Assembly: GCA_964016885.1 (NCBI GenBank)
Contig: OZ024744.1
Coordinates: forward strand, 89,342,001 to 89,406,000
Reading direction: 5' to 3'
DNA: 64,000 nt
Origin: Eledone cirrhosa
Taxonomy: Eukaryota
The translations under genes and the position numbers were made by a program. Numbering within the stretch: position 1 is the stretch's first letter; every line of letters begins with the position of its first letter. Positions 35,785-51,699 of the stretch are shown here, piece after piece. A model generated the notes under the pieces. The model ran no database searches, was not told the origin of the DNA, and was given only the letters and a program-made list of their open reading frames with translations.

Positions 35785-38474
35785 TCGTGTACAAATATTT
35801 TTGCATAACATATAAACGAAAGTATTTATTTCGCGATAAAGTATAGATTTTCTTCGAACGGAAAAAACCCTGGTAATGTAAGACACACTTTTTTTATAAG
35901 CACAAAATGTATAAACCAACCCGAGGCCGAGGTATTCCGTACTTCTCTTTACTGTTATTTATATATTTGTGTACAGATATTTTTGCATACACAATAACAA
36001 AATATAAACAAACGTATTTACTTCACGAGGATCGAGAAGGATAAATATATATCAAATATATAAGAACCAATATAGAGCAAATCCCGAACAACGCCTGGCC
36101 ATTTTGCTAGTATATAACTAAAATAGAAAAAAAGATTGCTGACCTACGAAAAACCATAGGATATGTGACAATGCTTACATGCAAACAAACACAAAAAAAC
36201 TTCACTCCATACCAACAAAGAGTGAAAAATAAAATAGAGACGATGTTTGGTAACAGTAGAACCAGAACTCTTCAATAAAAGCTGATCATCCTCAAACAAG
36301 AGCAGTTAACGAAACACGCCGATACGTGGAGAAGGTAGATGAGAGAAAAGTGCTTAATAAAAGATTCAGACGAAACCAAACATCAGTCTATAGAGATATG
36401 AAGGGCAAAATAATAAGTGTCACTGAGGCCCCATCCCAGAAAGACATAGATTCCTTTTGGAGAAAAATATGGGGTGAAAAGAATTTCAACCAAGATGCAG
36501 TGTGTCTAAAAGAAATCCAGAAGAACTATTGCTCCTACACTACGACAAAAACATTCGAAATAAGTGAAGATAACCCTTGAGACTGTGATAGGAAAACTCC
36601 AAGATATAGAAACATACAGATAAGATCATGAGAGTTGGGAAGGAACTCCTCGATATCCCCTGTGTGATAATCAAAATCTCACACCCAGGGAGTTGCTCAG
36701 CAGTATCGCAGTGAATCCATGGATGAAAAACTGCATGCTTATGAGCAAAGAACCCTGCATGGATATGTTGTTAGGAAGCTCCTGAGTGAAAGTAATATAG
36801 ATAAGGAAAGTAGTCTATATTGGTCCAACAACCGCTATATTGGCTCCTACTTTGAAGGATATGCTTTTGCAATCCAAGAACAGGAAATCAACACGAAATA
36901 CCTGATTCACAAAAGAAATAGGGATGTAGGCAAAACTGCTAGATGTGATAACAAGTGCGGACTTTACATCGAAGATGTCACCCATGTCATAAGCAGCTGT
37001 CCAAAGATGTCATCGCGGTACTATCTAACTATGAGGCATGATGTAGTGGCCAAAACACTGTACAATGCAATCCGTAGAAAAGATAGCCCCGATAATAAAC
37101 ACATTAAAAGCTACGGCAATGTGGAAGATATACATACACATAATTTGAAGGAGTACTGGTGGAATGATATGGGACAGGGAAAAGAATGCATGTACAGTAG
37201 TGGAAGTTAGCTGCTCAGAAGATACCAATGTAATATCAGAGATTGGCGAAAAGGAGAATATTTATGCAGAACTGATGAGAAATCTGCAGATACTCCACCC
37301 TGATTATACCTTCAGATGTATGCCTGTGATTACTGGGGCACTGGGGTATGTTAGTAACTGCCTCAATACAAATCTTGAGAAGTTAGGCTTCACAGGAACA
37401 GAAAGAACACAACTAGTTAGGAAATTACAAGTACAATCCGTTAATGGAACAGTAAAAATATGTAAAACATTCCAAAAATGTTGCATCTAATAACTGCATA
37501 TACACATGTACAGATACAAAGCACATATACACATGCACACATACAACGCAAAACATCCACATCCACACATACAATAACATCGATATCAACACATGTATGC
37601 ATGCAGACAACATACATATCTACCTAGTTAATGTTGTGTAAATTCCAATGAGAGAGTCTTGTGTCTATGTTAGAAACTGACTTTCTCTCTATTGGTAAAA
37701 ATTTGCGAAATTATAAAACCAGCAGAACATACATACATATATACCATACATAAATACATATATATCATACATATGCATACATGCATACAAGCATACATAC
37801 ATACATACATACATACATACATACATACATACATACATACATACATACATACATACATACATACATACATACATACATACATACATACATACATACATAC
37901 ATGGTGGCTGCCAACTCGTGTTCGAGTACTGACACTACTTTATATCCATGTAGCAGAACCCCTACTGATGCGCTAAACGAGTGTGACTTTTCAGTCCAGC
38001 CAGCGACTTGAAAACTCGGGTACAAACACTACAATTGTGACAATTATTGACACATAGTGCTGGGCCCATGGTACCATGTGACGACAAGTGCAGAGAGATC
38101 TCCAGATATAAAGCAATGCCTGTGCCGTGAAGATTTTATAGTGAGCAAAGGCACTGCACAAAGCCAATCCCACTCTCTTAACCAAGATGATATTTACCAA
38201 AAAGAAGAACAAGTCAACATCATTGGATACCATCAGAGATGCAGGTGTTATATCAGAGTTTTCCTTCTCCTAGAATTCTGCCTTGACAAAGGCTAAGGGG
38301 TCATCTCTCCCGGTGATTTTGGATGGCCATTGACTCTTAAGAGCTCCTTTGCCCTTTGACAGGTTTTGTTTTTAGTCCTGCAGGATGTCCAAAGTCACCC
38401 TCCTCACCAAGCAACCTTGGTGGGGTTGCCAGTTTAGTCGCCAACGACCCGACCATGAGACAGGTTGTACTGTA

Positions 38475-41227
38475 CACAAAAGATTCAGACGAAACCAAAC
38501 ATCAGTCTATAGAGATATGAAGGGCAAAATAATAAGTGTCACTGAGGCCCCATCCCAGAAAGACATAGATTCCTTTTGAAGCAAAATATGGGTGAAAAGA
38601 AGAATTTCAACCAAGATGCAGTGTGGCTAAGAGAAATCCGAAAGAACTATTGCTCCTACACTACAACAAAAACATGCGAAATAAGTGAGGGTACCCTTGA
38701 GACTGTGATAGTAAAACTCCAAGATAAGAAAACACCAGGAAGAGACATGATTGTCGGCTAGTGGTATAAAAAACTAATATTCTATCGGAGGTATCTTACC
38801 AACAAGTTCTTAAGGGAGATACCCTTATACCAGAATGGTTGACATTAGCACAAACGTTACTGGTCCCCAAGAACAAAGACACCCACTTGGCAAAAATCTA
38901 CCGACCCATTGCACGCCAGAACCTGATGTATAAGATGTATACAGCCTGCCTGAACCTATTCCTCGAAAATCACTGTGAAAATAATAACATCTTCACAGAT
39001 CAACAACCAGCTGGAAAGAAAAGGGTTTGGGGATGTGCTGAACGACTCCTAATCAACAAAACTGCGATGTCGGAGGTGCGACAACTTAGGAGGAATATGA
39101 CTACAGTCTGGCTGGACGACAAGAAAGCTTTCCATTCTGTTCCCCACTCTTGGATGATAGAGGCCCTCCAACTTGCTAAAGTCCCAGACATTATTATCAG
39201 AGCCATAGAGAGGCTGTCTTCTTCTTGGGCTACTATCCTAAGGTTAAAGACAGAGAGGGAGGACTCTATTTTCACTGATAAAATAAAATATTGCAGGGGT
39301 ATATTTCAGGGGGACAGTCTCTGTGTGATATTGTTCATCTTGTCATTAAACTCCTTGTCCTTTCTGCTCAAGAAATGTGAGGAATACATCATTGGCTCAC
39401 AGGAGGACAGAAATACGAACCTAACCCATAATTTCTTTGTGGACGATCTGAAACTCTATGCTAAGAACATGGATGGGATGAAGAAAAATCTTGACCTGGT
39501 TACAACGTTCTCAAAGGATATAGGAATGGAGTTTGGCCAAGATAAATGCTCATACATGACTGTAAAGCGGGGAAAAACAACAATCCAATCTAGCAACATA
39601 GCCATCAATGGTCTAACTATTTCACCGATATCTGATGAGGACTGCTACAGATACCTGGGGATTGATGAGAACGTATCCTATAATGGTATCTGTAATAAAG
39701 AACGCGTAACCAGGGAATACTACACCCGATTAAGAAAGATCTGGTCATCGGAACTCTCTGCGCAAAACAAAACAGTGGCTCACAATGTGTTTGCTGTGCC
39801 TGTCCTAACACCAACGTTCGGAATACTCAATTGAACGATAGGCGAAATCCGAGCAGTTGATGTTGGAACTCGAAAAATACTGAACAACACCGGAAACATC
39901 CACATCAACAGTGACATAGACCGCCTTTACTTGAAACGTAGGCAGGGAGGCAGAGGCCTAACATCAGTCCAGACAACATTTGAATGGCGCATCATATCTC
40001 TCCGACGACATCTACGTAGGAGCCCGCTTCTCGAGCAAGTCTATCTGCATGAAATAGATAAGATCATGAGAGTTGGGAAGGAACTGCTTGAGAGATATTC
40101 CCTGTGTGATAATCAAAAACTCACACCCAGGGATGTCGCTCAGCAGTATCGCAGTGAATCCATGGATGAAAAACTGCATGCCTATCAGCAAAAAATCATG
40201 CATGGATATGTTGCCAGGAAGCTCAAGAGTGAGAGTAATATAGATAACGAAAGTAGTCTATCTTGGACCAACAACCGCTATATTGGCTCCCACTTTGAAG
40301 GATCGCTTTTGCAATCCAAGAACAGGAGATTAGGACGAAATACCTGATTCACAAAAGAGATAGGGATGCAGGAAAAACACCTAGATGTGATAACAAGTGC
40401 AGACTCTGCAGAACTAACATCGAGGATATCACCCATGTCATCAGCAGCTGCGCAAAGATGTCATCGCGGTACTATCTACCTATGAGGCATGATGTAGTGG
40501 CCAAAACACTGTACAATGCAGTTCGTAAAAAAGATAGCCCCGATGATAAATACATTAAATGCTACAACAATGTGGAAGACATCCATGTACATAATATGAA
40601 AGAGTACTGGTGGAATGTTCCAGTAAAAACCCCAATAAAATGCAGGCATAACAGACCAGATATTATGATATGGGACAGGGAGAAGAAAACATGCACAATA
40701 GTGGAAATTAGCTGCCCAGCAGATGCCATTATAATATCAAAGATTAGTGAAAAGGAGAATATTTATGCAGAACTGATGAGAAATCTGCAGATACTCCACC
40801 CTGATTACACCTTCAGATGTATGCCTGTGATTACTGGGGCACTGGGGTATGTTAGTAACTGCCTCAATACAAATCTTGAGAAGCTAGGCTTCACAGGAAC
40901 AGAAAGAACACAACTAGTTAGGAAATTACAAGTACAATCCGTTAATGGAACAGTAAAAATATGTAAAACATTCCCAAAATGTTGCATCTAATAACTGCAT
41001 ATACACATGTACAGATACAAAGCATATACACATACACACATACAACTCAAAACATCCACATCCACACATACAATAACATCCATATCTACACATGCATGCA
41101 TGCAGACATACATACATATCTACCTAGTTGATGTTGTGTAAATTCCAATGAGAGAGTCTTGTGTCTATGTTAGAAACCGACTCTCTCTCTATTGGTAAAA
41201 CTTTGTGAAATTATAAAACCAGAAGAA
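38475..41227 (+). mobile_element. 5'-truncated R4-like (CATA)n-associated element
   Basis: RT 38839-39834 (YRPIA, GIFQGDSL, FVDD), CRLC..H..C, RHD, NRPDI; ends in long (CATA)n. Confidence 0.9.
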
Positions 41228-41317
41228 CATACATACATACATACATACATACATACATACATACATACATACATACATACATACATACATACATACATAC
41301 ATACATACATACATACA

Positions 41318-41349
<32 letters not shown>

Positions 41350-41570
41350 CAGTAAACGCGATCAGTCGCATATTTTGGCGTGGGAGACTATTTATTAAAT
41401 TTAAGATGAATACTATATCCGACAGTAATGCCACAACTACAGTCATGTTGAATAACTGGTTATTCTTCTAACTATATCTTCTGAAGACACCTTTTATTCG
41501 AATTCGTAGAGATATCCGACTAAATACATAATTCATTTTACAATGATTTGCTACAAACAGCATAGTGAAC

Positions 41571-41603
<33 letters not shown>

Positions 41604-43890
41604 GTGAAGTACCGAAGACAAATAACAAGGAAGGTAAACAAACGTTATTCAATTGTAGCTACAGAAGAAACCGAAATTATAAATCGCATTTCTCTTGGAG
41701 TTGCGAACTTAATAATGATTTATTTAATAGTTATAAAATGGCAAAAAACAATCCCTCCATTGGCTATATGAACAGAACAGAATGAAGCTACACTGGGACG
41801 AAATACACCCACAGCTAAATTATTTCACAGCGAAACAATTACGCCAACAAGCGACGTTTGTTGAACGTAAAAATAAGATAAATATTATTAACTGTAAGTC
41901 CCCCACAACAAACATGGAATCAATAACACGTGCTACAGATCGCCATGCTACTAGACTTCCTAGCAGCCAGGTCGAACAGCGCCTTGAAACAACTATGCCT
42001 GAACCATCTAAGTCTACCACGAATGCTGGGGAAAACACTATCGATAATAACAATAATCGCAGAAATAATAATAATAATCGAATACATTTTACACCACGTG
42101 TACCACCGAGTTTACATCGACTGTTGTGGAAAATACTATCGATAATGATAATCAAAAGTATAAACAATTGAAATTTTCCCTCAACGAAATCTTCCAGAGA
42201 GAAATTAATTCATGTATAAATATCTCTCTTGCTGAACGTATTAAAACGACAATGTTTAATAAAAAACCAAATAATGAAATATTACGTGTGATTGACGAAA
42301 TAGGGGATGAATATTTACGACGGATAAAAACCTCAACATTCTGGCAAATCAACGCCTGTTTATTAGCAACGACAGTGAAGCATTATCTTGGTGATAGCAG
42401 AGATATTAACAAGAACAGAACACCACCAAAAATACCATCATATATAACTAAAATAGAAAAAGAGACTGCTGACCTACGAAAAAACATAGGATATGTGACC
42501 TACGAAAAAACATAGGATATATTGCCTTACATGCAAACAAACACAAAAAGACCTCACTCCTCACCAACAAAGAGTGAAAAATAAAATAGAGACGATGTTT
42601 GGTAACAGTAGAACCAGAACTCTCCAATATAAGCTGATCACCCTCAAACAAGAATTGAGAGCTGTTAGCGAAAGGTAGATGAGAGAAAAGTGCTTAATAA
42701 AAGATTCAGACGAAACCAAACATCAGTCTATAGAGATATGAAGGGCAAAATAATAAGTGTCACTGAGGCCCCATCCCAGAAAGACATAGATTCCTTTTGG
42801 AGCAAAATATGGGGTGAAAAGAAGAATTTCAACCAGGATGCAGTGTGGCTAAGAGAAATCCGAAAGAACTATTGCTCCTACACTACAACAAAAACATAGG
42901 AAATAAGTGAGGGTACCCTTGAGACTGTGATAGGATAACTCCAAGATAAGAAAACACCAGGAAGAGACATGATAGTCGGCTACTGGTATAAAAAAAACTG
43001 ATATTCTATGGGAGGTATCTTACTGACCTCTACCAACACGTTCTTAAGGGAGATACATTTATACCAGAATGGTTAACATTAGCACAAACATTACTGGTCC
43101 CCAAGAACAAAGACACCCACTTGGCAAAAAAATACCCATCCGTTGCATGCCAGAACGTGATGTATAAGATGTATAAAGTCTTCCTGAACCTATTCCTCCA
43201 AGATCACTGTGAAAATAATAACATCATCACAGATCAACAACCAGCTGGAAAGAAAGGGTGTGGCGATGTGCTGAACAACACCTAATCAACAAAACTGCGA
43301 TGTCGGAGGTGCGACAACTTAGGAGGAACATGACTACAGTCTGGCTGGACGACAAGAAAGCTTTCCATTCTGTTCCCCACTCTTGGATGATAGAGGCGCT
43401 CCGTTTGCTAAAGTCCCAGGCATTATCGTCAGAGCCATAGAGAGGCTGTCTTCTTCTTGGGCTACTATCCTAAGGTTAAAGACAGAGAGGGAGGACTCTA
43501 TTTTCACTGATAAAATAAAATATTGTAGGGGTATATTTCAGGGGGACAGTCTCTCTGTGATATTATTCATCTTGTCATTAAACTCCTTGTCCTTTCTGCT
43601 CAAGAAATGTGAGGAATACATCATTGGCTCACAGGAGGACAGAAATACGAACCTAACCCATAATTTCTTTGTGGACGATCTGAAACTCTATGCCAAGAAC
43701 ATGGATGGGATGAAGAAAAATCTTGACCTGGTTACAACGTTCTCAAAGGATATAGGAATGGAGTTTGGCCAAGATAAATGCTCTTATATGACTGCAAAGC
43801 GGAGAAAAACAACAACCCAATCTAGCAACATTGTCATCAATGGCCTAACTGTTTGACCGATATCAGATGACGACTGCTACAGATACCTGT
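41350..43890 (+). mobile_element. 3'-truncated copy of the same R4-like family
   Basis: Starts right after (CATA)n; matches 28655-29761 and ~38475-39660. Confidence 0.88.
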
Positions 43891-44040
43891 ACAGACGCAC
43901 AGTAGTATGTATATATATATACATACATGTACACAGCCCGGCCGACTAACTCACTCGATATGCAAATTAGGCAGCTCAGCTGTTAATATGCATAAGGAAA
44001 TATATACTTTCAGACGTTCAATCATCTGACAGATAGGTAT

Positions 44041-44083
44041 ACGATGCTGATGATAACTAATAAGCTTGAAACTAGTACATCGT
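44041..44083 (+). ncRNA. Type I hammerhead ribozyme (weak stem II)
   Basis: ACGATG-CTGATGA-taactaataagctt-GAAA-CTAG-TA^CATCGT; perfect 6-bp stem I. Confidence 0.75.
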
Positions 44084-44442
44084 TCCTTTGTCAGTGTTGA
44101 ACAAAAGGGTGACGATGGTTGCCGAGCACTGTACGGCGTAATTCGGGCTGTTTGTTTACAAACAAACCGAACATTATAATAAATGTTCGGTAAACCCATA
44201 CGTACATATATATATGTGTACATGTATATATATATATACATACTACTGTGCGTCTCTAAACATATATGTATGTACGTATACATACTTATATTTAGGTTTC
44301 AGCCGTACTAGGAGTGAGAAATGAAATTTCGTTTCTTTCTTATATATATATATATAAAAAACATGAGAAGAAAGAAGAATACTGCGTGGTTTGCACGTGG
44401 GTTACATATGATAAAAATAGTCCTTAGTCAGTGATTTTCCAA

Positions 44443-44494
<52 letters not shown>

Positions 44495-44499
<5 letters not shown>

Positions 44500-44917
44500 A
44501 TATTAAATAAAGGGAAACTATATTTATAAAACCATATTTTATTCTATTATATATATTTCAAGGGTACCAAAACTTTGCTACGCTTTCATCAGATAAAATA
44601 CAAAGTTTGATTTATAAATTTTGACATAAGCAAGAAAAGATAGCTTAACGGTTCAAGTTTTCCTGGATAGTCTTGAACCGTTAAGGTATTTTTTCTTGGT
44701 TATGTCAAAATTTATAAAACAAACTTTGTATTTTATCTGATGAGAGCATACGAAAGTTTTGGTGCCCTTGAAATATATATAATAGAATAAATATGGTTTT
44801 ATAAATATAGTTTCCATTTATTTAATATCATTGAATATTATACTCCAGAAGACTTGTCGAGTGCTCTGAATCAGTTATAAACATTTATATCTGTTGAATT
44901 ACCAACAAATTTTGCTT
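44495..44917 (+). mobile_element. Fold-back PLE, family H2, HHR 44729-44789 plus mirror
   Basis: Arms 44495-44657/44672-44833; tail shared with 10640-10736. Confidence 0.8.
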
Positions 44918-45495
44918 ATATATATATTATATATATATATTATATATATATATTATATATATATATGTATATATATTTATATGTATATAAATATATGTAT
45001 AGATATATAAAATATTTTTTACTGACATTTCATTCTTATTGTCCTCTCACTTCTCCTCCCTCTCTCCCTCTCTCTTTCCCTCCCCCTCTCTCTCTGCCTC
45101 TCACTCTATTTCTCGCTTTCTTTCTCTTTCTTTCTCTCTCTTTCTCTCTATTCATCAATATGTCCAACTGTTTCTTATTATATATATATATATATATATA
45201 TATTTTCTCTATTCATCAATATGATTTACTGTCTCTTTTTATATATACATATACACATATATATGTGTATGCATGTATGTATGTGAATATATATGTGTGT
45301 GTATGTGTGTGTGGCAGTATCTTCTATTTCTAATTCTTTTCTGTGTTAACGCAAGAAACAGAATAAGTGGACGGGCATGCATGTATATATATATATATAT
45401 GTATCTATATATATATATGTGTGTGTGGGTGTGTATGTGTATATATATATAAATGTGTGTGTGTGTGTATATATATATATGTGTGTGTGTGAGTG

Positions 45496-45530
<35 letters not shown>

Positions 45531-45547
45531 GTATATGTTTATATATA

Positions 45548-46512
<965 letters not shown>

Positions 46513-46586
46513 CATATATATATATGTGTGTGTGTGTGTATAATACATACATACACACACACATATATATATATATATATAATTAG

Positions 46587-47190
<604 letters not shown>

Positions 47191-47199
47191 ATATATATA

Positions 47200-48590
47200 T
47201 ATAATATAATATAATGTATAATAAACAATACAATATAATTACCTCGTTACCAGAGGTTTCCCGAATAAGACAAATACGAAAAACGTCCTCATTCGTTCGT
47301 CGGACAAGGCAATTTAAAACAGTGAAATATTTGGAAAGTCTCCTCAAGAAATGCAAAAAATATATAAATAAAAGTAATGCAGGAGATATACAAAAAAATA
47401 TAAAAAAATTATATAAAAAAATATAAGGAAATATAGTTAGGGTATGTGTATATGTATGTATATACACTCCACAAATGTACATATGTGTGTATGTACAAAT
47501 GCATGTGTATGGTGAAAATGTGTGCGTAAGTACATATATGAGGGCAAGTATATTTGTGTATATGTGACCACAAATACGTATATAATATGAGTTGAAAAAG
47601 AAATTGTATGAAAATATAGTTGACACGCATCCAGATACAGATATTAAATACACATACGAGTATGAAAGCACGCGTATAAACACACACACACGAGCGGTCA
47701 CTTATATGCGGAAGATAAAGAGGGAAGGGAGTGTAATAGTAAAAAGAAGTGTCATTCTTGATATATGTATAAAAATGAAACAATATATGAGAATGAAAAA
47801 ATTTTTGAAATCAAAGAGAAAGTAATCAATTAACACTAGAGAAAAGAAACAAACATAGGTACGCACGTACATACACACATATATATAAAAAAATATTCAT
47901 ACACACAAATACGTACAGACAAAAGCGCATGCATGCGTACATACATACACACGAGGCACGTATATATATATATATCGCCCCATGTATATCTAATCACACG
48001 TACGTACGTGACTATATATATATACACATATACATACACACCCATACATACATATACATATATACACATATACATACACATACAGATACATTCACCCGCA
48101 TACACACACACGTAAAAATAAGAATGTAAAAAACATAGATCTAAAAAAACATAGATATAAAAACACACATACACACACATATATATACGTACGCACGCAC
48201 ACATACAGAGGCGTTCGTATACATATACAGAACGTATACACACATAAGCACACTCAGACACATAGATACAGATTATAAATCAGCCATATGAATAAATGAG
48301 TACAAATATAAAATCGGCTGCGAAACAACAGAATATATCTGGAGTGGAAAACGCAAGTGACATGTGTTATCAGGTAGTAAAAGAAAATGGGGAAGTAAAA
48401 TGTGGAATGTGAAGATATTAGGAAAGGGAATCGAAAAGGGGGGAGGGGTACTGGTGGATGTGAAGTAAAAATAAAAATAAAATTAAAAATAAAGTTAAAA
48501 ATGAAAGTAAATCAGAAAGAGAAGTCTGTAAAGAGGATAATTTAAGGAAAGTGAAAAATAAGAGTTTATGGAGGATAAGTATCTGAAATA
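47200..48590 (-). mobile_element. Diverged second copy of the 32715-34165 PLE 3' UTR/pLTR
   Basis: Ends at the same SDTYPP* codons; HHR 47239-47312 with CCGACGA core. Confidence 0.75.
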
Positions 48591-48815
48591 TATGTAATCA
48601 GTACAGTATATGGAAGGGATATATTAGGTTAACGCTTGATACAGCAGGAAGAGGGTCTTAACGTTTCGGACGCTAGAATCAGAAATCCGATAGATTGAGG
48701 GGACGGGTGGGTTATATATATATATAATTTTTTTTTATATTTATGAAATAACTTTGTGCCAAGAATTGATTGAATGGGTGGTGGCGTGGCGGTCTACTGG
48801 CGTGACCGTGTAAGC

Positions 48816-48932
48816 AAGCGGGGTAAGCGACGTAAACGGCGTAAGAGGTGTAAGCGACGTAAACAGCGTAAGCGGCGAAAGCGGCGTAAACGGCGTAAAC
48901 GGCATAAACGGCGTAAACGGCGTAAACGGCGT
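48816..48932 (+). repeat. 9-bp CpG-rich tandem repeat (AARCGGCGT)x13
   Basis: Seen directly; reads (KRR)n within ORF 48774-48995. Confidence 0.9.
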
Positions 48933-49449
48933 GGTGACAATCTAGATCCTAGAACCACCTCCTTAAGTTTTCTTTCTTCTATACTGAATGAATGAGAAAT
49001 GAAAATTTCATCACAAACTTCTCCAAAAAGAAAAGACTGCTATCACATCAGATTTATACTTTAACGACTGATGAAGAATAAAAGACACACACGGAAAAAA
49101 AGAAAGAAAGAATAGCTTATTTTATTTTATGCCGTTTTAGGTGAAGATAAAAATGAGAACAAAAAAATAAATGGCAGGCAATGCGGTGGAGGGTAGGGTG
49201 GATATATAAAAAAAAGGATAAATATTCTTTTTTGCTTATTTTATTTGTTTTGATTTCAAATTTTATTTTTACATTTTTCTTCAGTTTTTATATTATTATT
49301 ATTACTGGCCTTGTGCCTAAAGTAGAAACAATTATTATTATTATTATTATTTGTAAACCCCCACTGTCCCTGTCTTTGTATTGTCCCCTACACGTCGGCC
49401 CTTGTGGCCAATAAATGAAATCATTATTATTATTATTATTGTTGTTGTG

Positions 49450-49635
49450 GGCGGTGGATTGGCAGTATCAGTAGAGGGTCGGACGCCATGCTTTCCAGCA
49501 TAGTTACATCCCTTTACGGCCTGAGTTCAAATCCCGCCGAGGTTGACTTTGCCTTTCATCCTTACGGGGTCGATAAAATAAAGTACCAGTAATGCACTGG
49601 GTAATTGCTGGCCTTGTGCCTAAAGTAGAAACAAT
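49450..49635 (+). mobile_element. Near full-length tRNA-derived SINE
   Basis: GGCGGTGGATTGGCAGTATC A-box-like, GAGTTCAAATCCC B-box, core as 7645-8345. Confidence 0.85.
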
Positions 49636-49680
49636 TATTATTGTTGTTGTGGTTGTTGTTGTTGTTGTTGTTGTTGTTGT

Positions 49681-49713
<33 letters not shown>

Positions 49714-50651
49714 CTAATTTCAATTCACTTTTTAGTAATGTTGTAAGATTTTTATGCCGTACCTAATCAGGTATCGTACATTGCAATATTTTTACAACCC
49801 AATTGGCGTTTCAAAGCATCAGTAACAAAAAGTAAGTTGGTATAAAACCAGCGAACATGTTGAGTAGAATTTAAGAGAGGAGAGTTGAATAGAGAAAGGG
49901 AAAGAGAAAGAGAGAGAGAGGGGGGTGAAAGGGAGAGAGAGAGAGGAAGAGAGAGGTGAAAGAGAGAAAGAGAAAGAGAGAGAGACGAACGAAGGGATAC
50001 AAAAACAAACCAAAAAAATGAAAGAAAAAAATAAAAAAACGGGGAGGAAATATTGGTGCGAAAGAAGAGAAGAGAAAAACTTAATGAGGAAAAAAATAAT
50101 TCTGAATCGAAGAGATAAAGAGAAAAATGAAGGAAAGAAGGAAATAAAGAGAGAATAGGATTTGGAAAATATATAAAGAATAATAAAAGAGATTCTAAGA
50201 GAATGATTGAAATATTTCTTTTATACTAAAGAATTCTTCGTTTTTCTTTCTCCTTTTGTATTTTGGGATGTAGCTTATTTTCTGGGGCTTTTGGAAAAAC
50301 AGTTTTATAAAAAAAAAAATTAAAAAAAGAACTTAGTTAAAGCAACAAAGAAAGAAGAAGAAAAGGACAATGGAGAAGAAGACGGTGGAGGAGGTGAGGG
50401 AAAAGGAGGAGGAGGAGGGGGAGGAGGAGGAGGAGGAGGAGAAGAAGAAGAAGAAGAAGAAGAAGAAGAAGAAGAAGAAGAAGAAGAAGAAGAAGAAGAA
50501 GAAAAGCAGAAGAAATTGAGAAGTGAAGGGGTGGGGCGAGGAAAAAGAAAATGTAATACAAATAAGGAAAATAATAGCTCTTTCAATAAGTGTTCTACTA
50601 AAATATATATTTATATATATGTGTGTCTGTGTGTGTATATATATGTGTGTG

Positions 50652-50738
<87 letters not shown>

Positions 50739-50932
50739 GTATATATATACAACTGAATTAGAGGATAAAATACCATGAGAAAGAAATTGGGCGAAGACGG
50801 AAGAAAATATATTATAGGTCTAAAGAAATCACATGTCAAAAAAAATGAAGGAATTGTCGAAGGAATTGAAAGACAATTCGAGATATTTCTTATTGAAGGT
50901 TAAGCAACAACAACAACAACAACAACAACAAG

Positions 50933-50963
<31 letters not shown>

Positions 50964-51103
50964 GCAGCAATAACAAGAACAACAAAAAAGAGGACGACAG
51001 AATTGAAATAAATGCTAACGAGAGAGATGCTTTGAAATGTCGATTTGGATGTGCATCGTCTGCTCAACGATCTCTCTCTCTCTCCCCCCCTCTCTCTCTC
51101 TCT

Positions 51104-51148
<45 letters not shown>

Positions 51149-51294
51149 TTCCTTAACTGCATAGTTTCGTAATTCTATCTTCTATCGGCTGGTTTTTACT
51201 ATCACCTATGTGCATACATTCTCCATTTTTTTCTATTCTCTCTCTTTCCCTCTCTCTTTCTCTTTCGCTCTCTGTCTCTCTCGCACCCCCTCTG

Positions 51295-51377
<83 letters not shown>

Positions 51378-51589
51378 GCATGTAGATATATATGAATTGA
51401 GAGAAGCGAGAGAAAGACGGGTTAGAGTGGGATAGAGGGATGTATATAATATATATATATATAATATATATATATATTCCAGTTCCTCGGAGGAATAACA
51501 ACACACTCAGGAGCTGGATATATCGATGTATTGACGGAATGAAACACACCTTAACAACATGTGTACCTGTCTTTCCCACACCAATTCGG

Positions 51590-51644
51590 ACTGCCTGAAG
51601 AGGTCACAGCCAATGATGGCTGCCACCCAAATATATATAGCAGT
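51590..51644 (+). ncRNA. Hammerhead with mutated core (CAAA for GAAA)
   Basis: ACTGC-CTGAAGA-GGT..CAGCCA atga TGGCTG..ACC-CAAA-TATATA-TA^GCAGT. Confidence 0.65.
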
Positions 51645-51699
51645 AAATTTATAATTTATAATAAACGAAGCCAAATTTTACATATTTGACTTACTTATT

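Larger units (their letters stand above)
29762..36110 (+). mobile_element. Non-autonomous Helitron (6.35 kb) with nested TEs
   Basis: CCATCA|TCTATATTACTAAAAC ... CCCGAACAACGCCTGGCCATTTTGCTAG|TATATAACT. Empty site CCATCA|TATATAACT at ~42435-42449; no TSD. Confidence 0.88.
28655..37725 (+). mobile_element. R4-like (CATA)n-associated element, internally deleted and split by a Helitron
   Basis: 28655-29761 matches 41350-42440; resumes at 36111; RT region missing near 36615; RLE at ~37165-37490. Confidence 0.85.

Noticed and set aside
48595-48715. Hammerhead (minus TCC-GAAA-CG-TT-AAG)
   Set aside because: Only the 3' half is visible; no CUGANGA.
49450-49635. tRNA gene
   Set aside because: A/B boxes lie in a multi-copy SINE; no cloverleaf seen.
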